Assembly (NCBI GenBank): GCA_002633005.1
Contig: NMRA01000129.1
Location: forward strand, 496,627-560,626
From: Phoronis australis
Taxonomy: Eukaryota > Animalia > Phoronida
Length of the DNA stretch: 64,000 bases
Direction: 5' to 3'
The position numbers and the translations under genes were made by a program. Shown piece after piece: positions 39,877 through 52,773 of this stretch. Below the pieces are notes generated by a model. The model saw only the letters and a program-made list of their open reading frames with translations. It ran no database searches and was not told where the DNA came from. Numbering within the stretch: position 1 is the first letter of the stretch; each line of letters starts with the position of its first letter.

Positions 39877-40647
39877 CTGAAACAGGATTTCAAAATGGCA
39901 CAAATGACATAAAATGAATAATAGGTGTAGCAAAACATTCACATCATCAACCTTTTAGTTTTAATGGACAATATTGTCACGGCTGAGTTAGACCTCAAAA
40001 GCTGAAGCGTAGGCCTCAACTCCTCGTATCAAATTGCAATTTCTGTTGTTCCACCTAACTGGTAGTCAACTAGATGAAATTGGAAGTGTATGTTAGGAGT
40101 CTGTGCGCTCCTACATTACAGTGACAAATACAATGCTATGTGAAAAAGTGAAATCAAAGAACCATGCAGCACAATCTGGTAATGTAACAATGAAGAAACT
40201 GCATTCCAATAATTATTTTTAAAATTGCTCTCATAGATAAAACACCAATGTATTCTGTACATAGATACTCCCAACTTGTGCCCTGTAGAATGGTTCTCAG
40301 AAAACCAACTTGGACGTTCTTGTGAGCTTGTGTTGCATGCTAATTTACCCTGGTGATCGGCTGCTTGACAGTGGAGAACATAAATGAGTGTCTATCCTAT
40401 TTGTTACTTTTGTTACAGATATATGATCTATATCCAAATTTTATGAAATGCATTATATAAGGAAGGGAAATTACGGAGTTTGCCATAGAGAAAAATTTTC
40501 TTTTCCTCACCAAGCACTTTGGTTTCTTTATTTTCACATCCTTGCCTATATTTTATTAATTAAATTATCTTCACATCAATTTGAGAGGGCATCACAACTA
40601 TTAAAACAATGGTTTTTCCTCAGTTGTATGATATGCAATACAGTTAC

Positions 40648-40756
40648 CTGCAAACTGTCTAGGATCACTCGCAGTGACTGAACTTGTCTTCGAACACTTT
40701 TGGAGAATTTCTCATAAAGTTCACCGTCATATTCACTCATCTGGATTTCCTTAAGT
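40648..40756 (-). CDS. VWA8: VWA8 exon (LKEIQMSEYD...SLRVILDSLQ)
   Basis: GT-AG. Confidence 0.92.
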
Positions 40757-40954
40757 CTAAGAAGAAAATATTAATTCTGATGCCCAATTTCATGTTAAAG
40801 AGACAAAGCAAGGAAGTATGTAGAGAGAGAGTCATGCACAAATGAATCCCAAAGTGAATTAAGAGTGGTCATATTGCTTGACACAATAAACTGTGAAATA
40901 TTAACACTGAGCCTACCAAATGTAAGCTCACTTAAGTGAGATTCCTGACTGGCA

Positions 40955-41347
40955 CTTATACATATCAAAGCTGATACTCATACATATCACAGCTGACACT
41001 CATAACTGACACTCATACATATCACACCCCACACTCATATTCATCAAAGCCCACACTCATAATTATGTAAATCACAGCTGACATTCCTATTTATCACAGC
41101 TGACACTTATATATATCACACCTTACACTCATACATATCACAACTCACATTCATATAGATCACAGCTAACATTCATATATATCACAACTCACACTCATAT
41201 ATCATAACTGACATGTATCACAGCTGACACTCGCATATATTACAGCTCACACTTGTATATATCACAGCCGACACTGGTATATCACCACCCACACTCATAT
41301 ATATTTATATATATCACAGCTGACACTCATGCATATCACAGCTGACA
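40955..41347. repeat. ~22-bp intronic minisatellite (atatatcacagctgacactcat)
   Basis: Many degenerate tandem copies. Confidence 0.88.
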
Positions 41348-41554
41348 GCAAATATTCGGCTCATTAATGCGCTAGCGTATCGATAAAGTCCTGCGAAACA
41401 ATTTTTATCTTTCTTTTACAAAACGTTTTCTCAACATCAAATGTCATTTTTTATAACCAAAAACAAAACAGAGATCTGCATGAAACATATGACATATAAG
41501 CATCAAATTTCACAAGCAGCCAAAATTAGTTGCCAGAGTAAGATCTTGTCGTAC

Positions 41555-41711
41555 CTCTCTTTGAACGCCTTTTGTCCCATCTCCCTAGCAGCACGGATCA
41601 CTTCTTCTGGTACAGCCTCTTTCTCTGCATCTGACAGTTGGTGGACATTATGACCAGCGTCCAATCTATATGGTCCTCCCTTACCACCAAGACCAGCCGT
41701 GTCTCGACCTC
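41555..41711 (-). CDS. VWA8: VWA8 exon (GRDTAGLGGKGGPYRLDAGH...)
   Basis: VWA8 signature motif; GT-AG. Confidence 0.93.
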
Positions 41712-42037
41712 CTGGAGGGCAAAAGGAAAAGACACAAAATAGGTATTTCTCTCTTCAAAGTTAAACATCTACAAGGAATACAGCCTTCATAATGGCAATA
41801 GCCTTACATGAGGCAACAGTAATTTGTCACAGGAGTGATGACACCTGGTGCTTCCTGATGGAATATGAATGTACTCCACGTTGAATGGCCAGTTTAATGG
41901 CAAGTGCCTTCTGCTGACTGATTACTTAAACACTGCCTAGAAGTTAAGTTGCTCAAAAGCTGAAGGGTAATAGAAGTCACTATTTTATCAAGCATGAACA
42001 CCTGAGTGTAATGTAAACACTAAACCCATATTCTTAC

Positions 42038-42146
42038 CTGTCCCACCTGCCCATGTGTTCCCACCAACGTGTGGCTCATTCTTGGGGTCCACTTTACCAT
42101 GTTTGGGAGAGGAAACATCATCACTCTTTTCTCGGTCAATGGTAAG
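42038..42146 (-). CDS. VWA8: VWA8 exon (...PKHGKVDPKNEPHVGGNTWAGGT)
   Basis: VWA8 signature motif; GT-AG. Confidence 0.93.
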
Positions 42147-43338
42147 CTAACCAAATGAAGGAACAAGTATTAGATGACATGAACAAGTTTGCAACATTGC
42201 TCAGTCGTATATTACAGAATTACACAAACATCTTCAACGTTTCTCACTGTGGCAGTAACGTTAAACCCATTCTTTCAAGCTGCCATAAAGTGCAATCATG
42301 ATTTGGGACATTTACAGTTAGTAAAACGTGTTTCAACTTGTTTCTTACTCAGATTAGAAGTCATTTCTATACTCGGAAAGATTTTGCAGTTTGTAAGTGC
42401 TGGAGATTACATGTGCATGTTTGGCAAATAAAATGACCACCTGGGTCAAGACAAATCATTGAGCTTAGTTTCAAACTTTCAGCTCATCTCAGTCTCAAAA
42501 GAATTACATCTTATATGAGTATGAAACAAGTTGAGACCAGTTTCAAAACTATAAGTGGTCTATATCAAAAATTAGTTTTTGGGCCAGACAGCGAGCTCAT
42601 AACAGCTTCCAAGTCCATAGGAAGCCACTGTAGTTGTAACTCTAGTCCATCTGGTGTTCATTCACAGAACAAGACTAATTCCAGTCATGCAGTTTCAACA
42701 GCATAAAATAAAGTACCTGTTAATCTCAACTTACTAGTCTAGTGCAACAACCATCAGTCAGCTCTTACTAAACTAAAAATCACTTCCAATGTGAGTATGG
42801 TACAAGTTGACTCCAGTTATCTAGTGCTAAATGGTCTAATACAAAAGTTAGTAATGTATACATGATTGAAAACCGCTAACAACATATTCATTTAGACTTT
42901 AGCAAAGTCTAGGACATAAAAAGCAAAGACCTTCTTCCAAGTCAAGAATGATATCTTGCGCAAATTTTCATTTTGTCAATAGGCATTCCATCGCTACATA
43001 GTGTGTTCTCTTCTGGCACTGTCATGTTCCATGGATGATGAGTTTTTAGTAAATTTTTACTGAAACTCAAATTAGCATGGTGGCAGCATTTCACATTGCA
43101 GAGTGAACTACCCATTATTAGTTCAAACTGAATCCATGACCTAAATACTGGTGTTTCGTCTGCTCACACGAACGTTACGAATAACTGCTTGCCTATGGTT
43201 GCAACACAAGTGCCCATTGGCAAACAGTGAAGCTTCTCTAAATTAAAAACTATCAACTCGTATGAAACTTACTACAAAAATCTACTTAACAATTTTATGA
43301 GCTATGAAAATTATAGAACTCAATCCCTATTTCATTAC

Positions 43339-43540
43339 CTGAAGGGGCCTATGCGGGTCATCACCTATCATTTTCTGCCACTGGTCTAGTGACAGTCCCA
43401 GGCGCATGGGGGATGTTTCCCAAAGGCGAACACACCCTCCCGTATCCACAGTAACCAAACCATCGTTGCTCATTGGGGACATAATGAAGTTGCAGTCTGT
43501 AATTGTCTGCAACCACGTAGTGTATGGAGAATAGTGAGCG
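43339..43540 (-). CDS. VWA8: VWA8 exon (...GLVTVDTGGCVRLWET...)
   Basis: GT-AG; overlaps ORF 43327..43512. Confidence 0.9.
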
Positions 43541-44252
43541 CTGAAATGTAAATAAAACGTGAAAATAATTTATAGTAAGTAGAAAAAGTTCTCAAAAATT
43601 CTATAATTTTTAGACTTTCCACTGCTATGCCGATGAAAGTTATAAGTAAAACAAAATTACAGTGGACCTATTTATGCTGGAACTTGTCAACATAAAGTCT
43701 GTGCTATGTAAGAGTGAAAACTGGAAGTCACAAAAAAAGAATCACTTTTTGTGCTCGACATGTTTTACCAAATTGGCAAATTAGATTTACAACAACCTGA
43801 AAAGTTCAACATTGAAAATTGAAAGAGAAAACAAACACCTTCAGTGAGGCAATGAATGTTGGTCGTCTAAGTGGACCGATTTGGTCAAGTATGACAATAA
43901 TTATTGAAAATTGCAATGTGATGTCCAGGCACATTTTAGTCTTATAAAAAAGTCTTGTCCAAGCTACACTGAAACTTGTGAAGAAAGCCAGAAAGATAGA
44001 GAGATCACGAGGGCCCGTTATCAAATCATTTCACTAAAAATCAAACTCTAAAATACATTTGACATTTTCTTATAATACAAACGTTATCCATTATTTTGTG
44101 CTTGAGTATGTTATGGATTATGCAAGCCACTCCGTAATCCAAATTCCATTTGAGGAACGACAAACTCAAGTAAAAACCATATATAGATACAGATGTTTTG
44201 ACAATAAAAACTGGTATTTTGGAGGTTAACACAAAAAATAACACACACTTAC

Positions 44253-44334
44253 CCTGGAACTGGTACGTATCTCAATTTTTTGTTTGCCACATCTGTAACT
44301 TCAAGGTATCCACAAAGGTTTTTGGGCTTCTTTT
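44253..44334 (-). CDS. VWA8: VWA8 exon (...GYLEVTDVANKKLRYVPVP)
   Basis: GT-AG; conserved GYLEVTD motif. Confidence 0.88.
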
Positions 44335-44798
44335 CTAAATAAAAATAAATTTCACCTTGAACAGGTTTGCGAAGGACTAATTTAATAATTTCAAAAAGAT
44401 TTCAAGAATCAAACTGTGCAAAGAGATGAAACATATTTTGAGCAAAAGTGTGTATTGTGAATTTCAGCTCAAGTTTGTTCAAAAATAATGTGCATATGTG
44501 ACAATAAATTTTCATCGACGGACGACGGAGTTTTAGACTGTTGCCCACACCTGCAGTGTGAAGTATGGAAATGGTTAGCCAGCCAGCTAGCTGTATGAAG
44601 ACTGTCGTCAAAATACAGCTAGGTATTTTGACGACAGTCTTCATAGTATACAGCTTTGTGCCAGGGCTAGGAAATGGTCTGAATGTGTGAGCCAAGTAAG
44701 ATAAGAAAGTTTGAAATGGCTTCATACCTCTAAACACAATACAAACAAACACAGAAGTCTTACAATATGCAAGGGAAATCTAATCACGTGACACCTAC

Positions 44799-45006
44799 TG
44801 TCAGGGAAGACATCCTCAGGTACACGCCAAACTGGTAACCCCTTCACTATCTGGCCACAATCTGGCAAGTACGCCACCGTTGACTGACTATTAGGTGGTG
44901 CTGGTTGTGTTACAGAGAGGGCGCTGAACAATGTGTCCTTGACCTTGGTTTGCGTGTCTTGCTTTTGAATTGGACTTCTGGTACTGCGATATATGTCAAT
45001 GGATGA
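44799..45006 (-). CDS. VWA8: VWA8 exon (SSIDIYRS...CGQIVKGLPVWRVPED...)
   Basis: GT-AG, phase 0-1. Confidence 0.84.
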
Positions 45007-45726
45007 CTGGAACAGATGGAGAAATGTAAGCCACTGCTTGCTAGTGCACTATAGGAGCAATAATTATGAGCATAGAGTAAGACAAAAGATTAAACGCTGA
45101 GAAGAGGTAGCGTGTTTAGAGCAGCAGTAAGGACACATGCTGGACATTAAGTGACCAGCCGGCCAGATAGCTGTATGAAGACTAGCATCCAAATACAGAT
45201 AGCGATCTATGCGTGCAGTTTTGCTCGTCACTTCACTAGGAAGCTTTATAGCAATATGTATAATTTTCGACTGATGGAGGTGCATGTAAAATCCACCCGT
45301 AAGCAATCTTAAAACGTCATTTTCTTGCATCACACTCCCACTTTTGTAACAAAGAAAATTCTGTCATCATCTTCAAAACAGTGAGCTCGTAACACTTCTA
45401 CAAACCATTTGTTCAATTCTTTGCAGCATCTTTCAGGAGAAGGAGACAACTTTCTCAAAGCAAATTTTTCTAAGAAATTCGGTTTACTGGTAATAAAATT
45501 CTAAAAACTTAAAATAAATTAAAACCAGTTCCAAGCATTTGTTGTGAATAGTAGGCAACCTTATGGAAGAACACATTTGATTACCCTCCTTGTAATAAGG
45601 TGTGAGCAACATCGGTCACATGCTAAGAACTATGAAGGCTGGGCTTGTACATCAGCAAGTGGGCTTATGTACGAGAAATGAAAAGTTTAGGGTGGGCTTA
45701 AGCCTGGTTGTATGCAATAACTATAC

Positions 45727-45881
45727 CTCAAGATCAGGGAAGCCAACAGCCAGTGTAGCGTATGTGTCCATTGTAGTCATCAGGCGATTTGGAGCACTAA
45801 GTTTTTCACCGACAGCCTCACTCAAGATGGCATCAGTCAGAGGTTGTGTGGCCATCAGCTGTACATCGCCGAGGGAGGGAC
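45727..45881 (-). CDS. VWA8: VWA8 exon (...LSAPNRLM...YATLAVGFPDLE)
   Basis: GT-AG; an alternative acceptor near 45898 is possible. Confidence 0.82.
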
Positions 45882-46133
45882 CTAAGGCAAAACCAAACCT
45901 AAAGATGACACATGTGTTGTTTACACTAAGTTAGAACACTAACTAAAAAAACAAAATTATAATTATAGCCCATGGGCTTCATCCACTCAAAGATACCACA
46001 GAAGTTAGAACATTTCGCGATTTACAATTAAATTGTTCATATCTGCGTATTTCATCGCAGACTGTTATTTTAAAAATAAGTTTACAGATTCGCTGTTGCC
46101 TATTCTGGACATTTTAAAGTGCATCTCAAAAAT

Positions 46134-46313
46134 TTAGAAATTAAACTTAAAAAGACTATATTGAACTTTTGCTTATTTTGTAGAAGTGTGATATAATGTT
46201 GACAGAACATCATTTGGGAATTGATTAAAATTAATTCCCAAATGATGCTCTTTCAACATTATATCATATTTCTACAAAATAAACAAAAATAGACTGCTTA
46301 AGTTTAATTTTAA
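46134..46313. repeat. ~180-bp imperfect palindrome (MITE-like)
   Basis: gatataatgttga..catcatttgggaatt is mirrored by aattcccaaatgatg..tcaacattatatc. Confidence 0.75.
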
Positions 46314-47237
46314 TTTCCTAATCATTAGGTCACGTGATGTGGCCAACAGGTGGCGAGCAGTGATCTACATTTCCTTGCCAGTTCAACATTTACATTAAAA
46401 TTAATGTCACGAACATTTAACTAATTAATGAGGTGGAAATGATACCGCTCTTTAAAAGATTCTTAAAGTGCAGATAAAAAATAATAAACAGAATATATTT
46501 TGGTTTCAACAAGAAAACCTTGCATGACATGTATCTTTAAGTAAATGAAATTTTCTAGTTTTACTTGGTGAATTTAAAAATTGCTGTATTATCCAAAACA
46601 TCTTTTGACTTGTCACAGTAACGAGTTTAGATTTTTCCAGGTGAGTTTGGCTTTCCTTTGTGGAGTCTGAAAATCTATCCCACAAGCTTGAATCAAGTCA
46701 TTTATCAAGCATGTTCGGACATCTTGAACTTTTGGCATTTGTTTAATGCAGTGATCCCAGGACTTAACAAATAAACCCTCCACAGTATTGACATGGACTT
46801 TCAAAAAGGTATTTGGAATTTATAATTATCTTTGAGCTTGAACTTTCTGCTGTGAGAAGAACATTGAAATATCATCAACTTACAAAATAGTTTAAACCAA
46901 TGAAAATTAATGTGCACATATTGCATATGTTATTTTAGTAATCACATCCTTCTGATACTGAATAATACAAATTTAAAATAATTGATAAAATAATTAAGTC
47001 TGCATTTTAAAATAAATTATGAAAGACAAATAATAATCACTTCTTAAAATGAACAAAATTTAATGCAACGTGATGACATACACCCACAGTGCACCGCTAA
47101 CGATATGTTTCTAGGGGCACATTACCCCTGTGTCAAATGCTAGTTGAAAAGTGTCATGCACCACAACAAGCGGACACCCAGGTAATGGGATGCCTGGACA
47201 GGTGCTTCAAAACCATCAGGTGTAAAGTTTACCTTAC

Positions 47238-47317
47238 CGTGGTCAAGGTTCTCATGACATATTGGAGAAAGGGTGAACTCAAGACTGTCCATGTTGGTTC
47301 TTCTTAACATATACGCT
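47238..47317 (-). CDS. VWA8: VWA8 exon (AYMLRRTNMDSLEFTLSP...)
   Basis: GT-AG; its phase 2-1 is required by the neighbouring exons. Confidence 0.78.
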
Positions 47318-47372
47318 CTGAAATAAATAAAAAACTACCAGTAGTCACTTGTGGCAAGGAGTGTAGTACAAT

Positions 47373-48139
47373 AGAAGAGTTCACTTGTGAGTTTGTTGTT
47401 ATCGCTACTACTAGCCCCACCAAGTGGTAAATAAGCAACGGTCAAGTGGGCAGTGCGAGAACAATGGGGAAGGGTGCATTTTGCAGTGCAATAAATTGCA
47501 CTAATTCATCCACGAAAAACCCAGACGTGTCATTTTTTAGGTTTCCAAAGGATCCAGAAATGTAAGGATTATTTGTTATAAATAAGATGCATTGTCTTTC
47601 ATTTTGTGTGTTCTGTTCACGGTTCGAAGACAAGTCGATCGCAGTCTCAATGCCACTGTCATCTGCAGTGCAGGCTACTGCATAGGCTATGCTCTGCCTT
47701 CTGCAGATACTTTGTTATCAATGTACGTGTACTAAAATTATATGTGAGGGAGCATCAGAATGGAATACAGTGTTGTGGTAGTGATGAATTGTCTTGCTTT
47801 CTTCTTCTTACTTGTGTTACACCTATTGCACAAACCAATTGTCTGCACTGGCTGCAGCCTGGCATATTCAATAGGGAAAACATTCAAAATTGTTAGGTGG
47901 ACATGAAACGCGCAGTGAGCTGCAAGCATTTTGTAATGAAATGTTGGAAAACACCCAGGATGGTACTGGGGCATGATGGCCACCAGTCATTTCAAGCAAA
48001 CGTCCTTGGAGTCATGCTCAAAATAAGCACCAAATCTTATCACCACCTAAATTAGTGTTGCTTTTTTGCCGCTTGGGACACTAGTTTTTCAACTGATAAC
48101 CTTTGCGGCAAATGACAAGATGACGGAGTGAACAGTCCT
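47373..48139 (+). mobile_element. Old THAP-bearing DNA transposon remnant, antisense within a VWA8 intron
   Basis: MGKGAFCSAINCTNS..FFRFPKDPE from 47464 followed by GTAAG, and a later SCKHF near 47920. Degenerate TIR (10/13 match) flanked by AT. Confidence 0.6.
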
Positions 48140-48858
48140 ATTCCTCGTTCACTTCTTGCTTGCGGTAATTCTTAACCTATCTAGTTGCGGTAATTCTTAA
48201 CCTATCCTAGTCAAAAATAGGAGCTTCATTGTAAAATTTCTCAATGAAAATAATCATTAAAAAAGAAAGATTTTCAAGTACAACTGACATAATTTTAAAA
48301 TATTTTTGCATAGTAGTCCAAGTTTGGAAATAAAAAAGAATAAACTGCCAAAAATGAAGAGTTGCAGTCAGCAATGCTTGACAGCCCAAACACAATTATT
48401 ATAAAACAGTTACGAAAAATTGTGGAGTGTGAAATGAACACTGTCTCTGGTCAGTCCAGTCATAAGCTAAATGAAAAACTTAGTTATTGTTCCAAACACA
48501 TTTCAGTTGTCAATGTGTTGTTTCGCAAAATTACATGTATGTTTACATGTATTTACATGCAGACTGGAGTTTCTCTGTTTTTGTTGCAAACTAAGTGAAC
48601 CAATTATATTAATTTAAAAGCTAACCACCCTACGACCTCAAATGTTCTCTGACCGACAGTGCTCTCCATCGCAATAAGTCATGTGACTCCAATTTCTTTC
48701 ATACCAGCACACCGAATTTTGGTTGTAATTCCAAAAGGAGAATTGATCAGAAAAATGAATAAAAAATTCCAAGTCAAAGGTGAGAACTTTGAAATTACTC
48801 ATTACTCCAATATGTGCACATGTAAGTCACAAACAGTATTTCATTGACCATATCTCAC

Positions 48859-48984
48859 CCTTGATTGGTCGAGTCTGTGACCAACCACTTGTCAATACTG
48901 ACAAGATTGACAGATTGGATGACCAGGGGAAGATTTAATGTAAATGCTTCTCCACTCAGCATATCTAAACCCTCCAAATGTTGA
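48859..48984 (-). CDS. VWA8: VWA8 exon (QHLEGLDMLSGEAFTLNLP...DKWLV...)
   Basis: GT-AG, phase 2-2. Confidence 0.82.
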
Positions 48985-50020
48985 CTGAAACAAGAAATTA
49001 AAATCTGAAACATTTTACACAGTTAAACGAATAATTTGAAAGTCTAAGACTCCCAACAATTGATCAATAGAAAATTCAAATTAGTCAAACTAGTCAATTA
49101 CTGTGTGCTAATGAAATATTTGATGGTTACTTGTAAGTAGTAATCGGGAGTGCCAAAATAATGAACTCAGTTCTAGAGATTAAGGTAACATTTGGCCGAT
49201 TGACATAAAATTGCCTCAGGCAGTGTAAACAACAAACCTTACCATGGCTTCAAACTATGGCTTCTAAGCTCTGTGTGAGCACATAATTATGTTTTATTCA
49301 AAGATCACATGACAGTGAGATTACTCACTGATCTTTGAAACAAAACAATCCTGTGCAACATTCAAATGTCAGAACAAGTTTGAAAACTCCTTCATTCTAC
49401 TAAAGTACCAAGACTGATTCTTCCTGTGAATGAATCAAGATATGAAGGGAAAAGTTGCCCCTTGATCGACCCACTTCTTGATGTAATGAGCAAGAGTTTT
49501 AGCTCAACAATGCTGTCTATAGTATGCTTTCAATGGCCAACTGCAGATGTAAATATTTCATTGATGACAATGTCGTCACAGTGTTTTCTCGATTAGTTAT
49601 TAAGTGAGATAACTGTTTGCACCCTCACAAATCAAAACGACCATGCACTGGACATAATTTGACATACATGAGTTCAAACATCAATTTACCATGATCACAT
49701 CAGAAGGTCATAACCTAAAATGTAAAAATTGACAGTTGGACAACACTCTCGTAGTTTAAGAACTTATTTAGACCCAGGCACCTATATCTGAACTAACACT
49801 CTCTTTTAAAAATGATGTCGTCTCATGAGTAAAATACATATCATAGGAGCAGGCAGCAATCCTTTATATTAGAGATGTATGAAATTGAGTGTTTTGTGTG
49901 TCTTGTTTTTTGATGTAAGACACTTATCATGAAATTGTTCTCAAATTGTTCTTAAGTCAAAATATGTGGTTCCTGAGCTTGAAAATAATTGACAGCCAAG
50001 CTCACAATGTGATCTGCAAT

Positions 50021-51510
50021 AGCGGATTTGCAGCGCAAACGAACTATGCATTGCGCATGTGCGAGTTACTTCCTGCGCAAAGGCTCATGGGATAGCTTGT
50101 GGTCTGGCATGTCTTGAGCAGGCTGGATAGTGTGTGCATTTGGAGTGATTTGCAAACTAAAAACCATGTTTCATTTTTTGCTTTATAATACCAAGCAAGT
50201 CCTCTCTCTCGTTTGTAAACACAGCGTAGCTATTGTATGATCAGTGACCGTGTGACCGAGGGCACGACTGTCGTCATGTTCAGTATTGGGCGTATCGGCG
50301 TTGATTTCGAAATCTCCTCCGGTTTCAGACAAGTTCATAGTTCTTGGGTTGCTTAACTTTTGTAGCTTTCCCCGTGGATATGCTAGAGACGTTAATTTTA
50401 AGAGGAAACTCCGTCGGAATGTTGTTCTCATACGTCTTTTTTCCACCAGGAAAATGTTCGCTGCACACACGATGGCCCCTAGGCAATTACATCGCACTGG
50501 ATGCCGATAGTACGTCCTCACAAAAAGTTACTCATTTCAAAATACAGCAAATAAAATCAAATGAACCATACATATAGCAACACGGAGTTATAATTAACAC
50601 ATACCACGACTCTGGATACAATTTAGTCAGCAAAACTTGAACAAATCGATGAAAATCTGTAGCGGTTTGCTCGAGTTTCTCTCAGTAATTACCGGGTGCC
50701 ATTTTGAGGAAGTTACGTGAAATTACGCATGTTGACGAATAAAAAGTCTAAGGGACACAGATCTTACAAGTTTCACTCGATACCTTCTCGTGCTATTTTA
50801 CAAGTGTCACGCGCTAGCGTCACGCGCTTCGCTGAGTCTCGCGCTAACCTTAATTTGCCTAACTCACGTGATTCAGTTGACATGCTTTATGGTTATCGCG
50901 CACGCGGTGATAAAATTAACGGCAACCAAAAAAGTGAAGTTGTAATTCTTCGCCAAAGTCAACTTAATTCTCACAACTAAGCTTAAGCTATGTATAGAAA
51001 AAGAAAGGACCAATGATGAAAGTAAGCTTTTTTTTAAATGATAGTTTTAAGTGTAGAATGTATTTTTGACTAGGTGAAAACTCGAAATCGGTAATCCAAA
51101 TCCGGTCACGACCCATTTAAAATACACTGAAGTAACGAAATGAGTACAGAAAGCGAATGGAAGTATTGTAGCCCCTATATGGCCAACCGAGGGGCTACGT
51201 GTTGCCTACTAGATGGCTCCGCGTTGGTTTGAATGCGCTAAATCTCCCCTTACTCCCAGCTCTCCTAATATTGTTTATCCATTTTTCACGAAGTTCTTGG
51301 TTTGCAGGAAACACATAATAACTCAGATTTTTATCTCTCTTGTTGTTTTTGAAGCAGCCAGGAACACAACAAGAGTATCCGCCGTAAGTTTTCTTCGCGC
51401 TCATACCGCGTATTATGCTTGATACTATGGCCGCTTTCGGAATCCTGACCACAGCACCCACAATGCACCATTTTAACCTAATTTCAATATGGCGTCGCTG
51501 CAAATCCGCT
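50021..51510 (-). mobile_element. Non-autonomous ISL2EU/PIF-Harbinger-like THAP element in a VWA8 intron
   Basis: Perfect 15-bp TIR AGCGGATTTGCAGCG flanked by AT on both sides. A THAP ORF starts at 51404 and is interrupted by the insertion at 50480-51211. Confidence 0.78.
50480..51211 (+). mobile_element. Unclassified ~730-bp element, copy 2 (9-bp TSD, 3' hairpin)
   Basis: Flanks gatggcccc and gatggctcc; TAGGCAA..TTGCCTA(CTA) ends; homologous to 19765-21777. Confidence 0.8.
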
Positions 51511-51892
51511 ATTATATGAGTTTGGCCTGAAAAAATAATGAACTACAAGTCCTTCTATGTTCATTTCTAAGCTGAGATAAGAACAAGACCAAACTCATAC
51601 TGTTAAAAGTTCTCAGTCAAACCTTGATTTTTTACATAAAAGCAGAGGTTTAAGGGTACTTTAAATGATTGTTAAATTGAAAATGCACTGTCATCTATCA
51701 TTCTGTAACAAATACGTCAACCTTGCTCCCAAATATTTTAAAATCTTGGTCTACAGTTTCAGACAACTGTTTTGCACAAAGCAGGATGTATTCAATTCCA
51801 GATACAAGCACAACTTCACATATAAGGCATGTAAGAGTAAATACATACATATACGATATGTGTCCACAGACTTGGTACACATGGCACAATAC

Positions 51893-52080
51893 CTATTCTG
51901 TTTGTAGAAGACCAGAAGACCTTGTGGTTCAGATGCGAGTTCCTTACACATCTTGACCACATCAGCATTTTTGGATGAGAACCTAACATTGAAGGATTCA
52001 GCAGCCGACTCGAGCAATGTTGAAGTTGACAACTTCATGATGTCACCATTTTCTGTGTTGATACTTAACAATGTATTAGT
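51893..52080 (-). CDS. VWA8: VWA8 exon (TNTLLSINTENG...LLVFYKQN)
   Basis: GT-AG, phase 0-2. Confidence 0.82.
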
Positions 52081-52773
52081 CTGAAAATAGATTACAAAGT
52101 TGACTAAGAACAGATTGAAGGGCAAAAAAATTACAATGAACTTGGGGTCACTATAGGAATACCATTTAGAACTTTATTGCAAATTATAATTTTCTGTCAA
52201 AATCAAAAGGTAGAAAAGATTCATACACTTTGCCCAACCCTGAATCTTAGGCAAACCATGACGTGGTCCACAATAATTCAAATCATCTTGCTAAAAAGCA
52301 ATTATGCATTACTTTTACAAACAGGATCATATTTTACTGTTCAGATTTAAATATAATTATATTGAACGCCGTTTAGGTAATTTATATAACAATTACCTTG
52401 GGACATCTCGTTTCATGAATGTTGAATGATTCGATGTTGTAATGGCCATGGAAAACAGACTGAGTTAAAACTTGCAATTTTTTGTTAAAAAATTCTGTTT
52501 TATATTGTAACTTGGTTGTAATGCACTTGTAAGTGAGCTCATTGATCATATTTGGCTTTTAAAATAACCCATTTCATTCTCATTTATCAGACTTTGAAGT
52601 TTGCCATTTTTGTCCCCATGAAGCAATGCTAAGTACCACTAGAAGCATATGTTATTAATAATATTAAAAATATTCTATTAACGTCAGATGTGTTCATCTA
52701 AAAATTTGTTCTCTTGGGCAAGACAAAACCAGGTTTTATCACATCAATGGCAGTCATAAGAAACTTTACAAAC

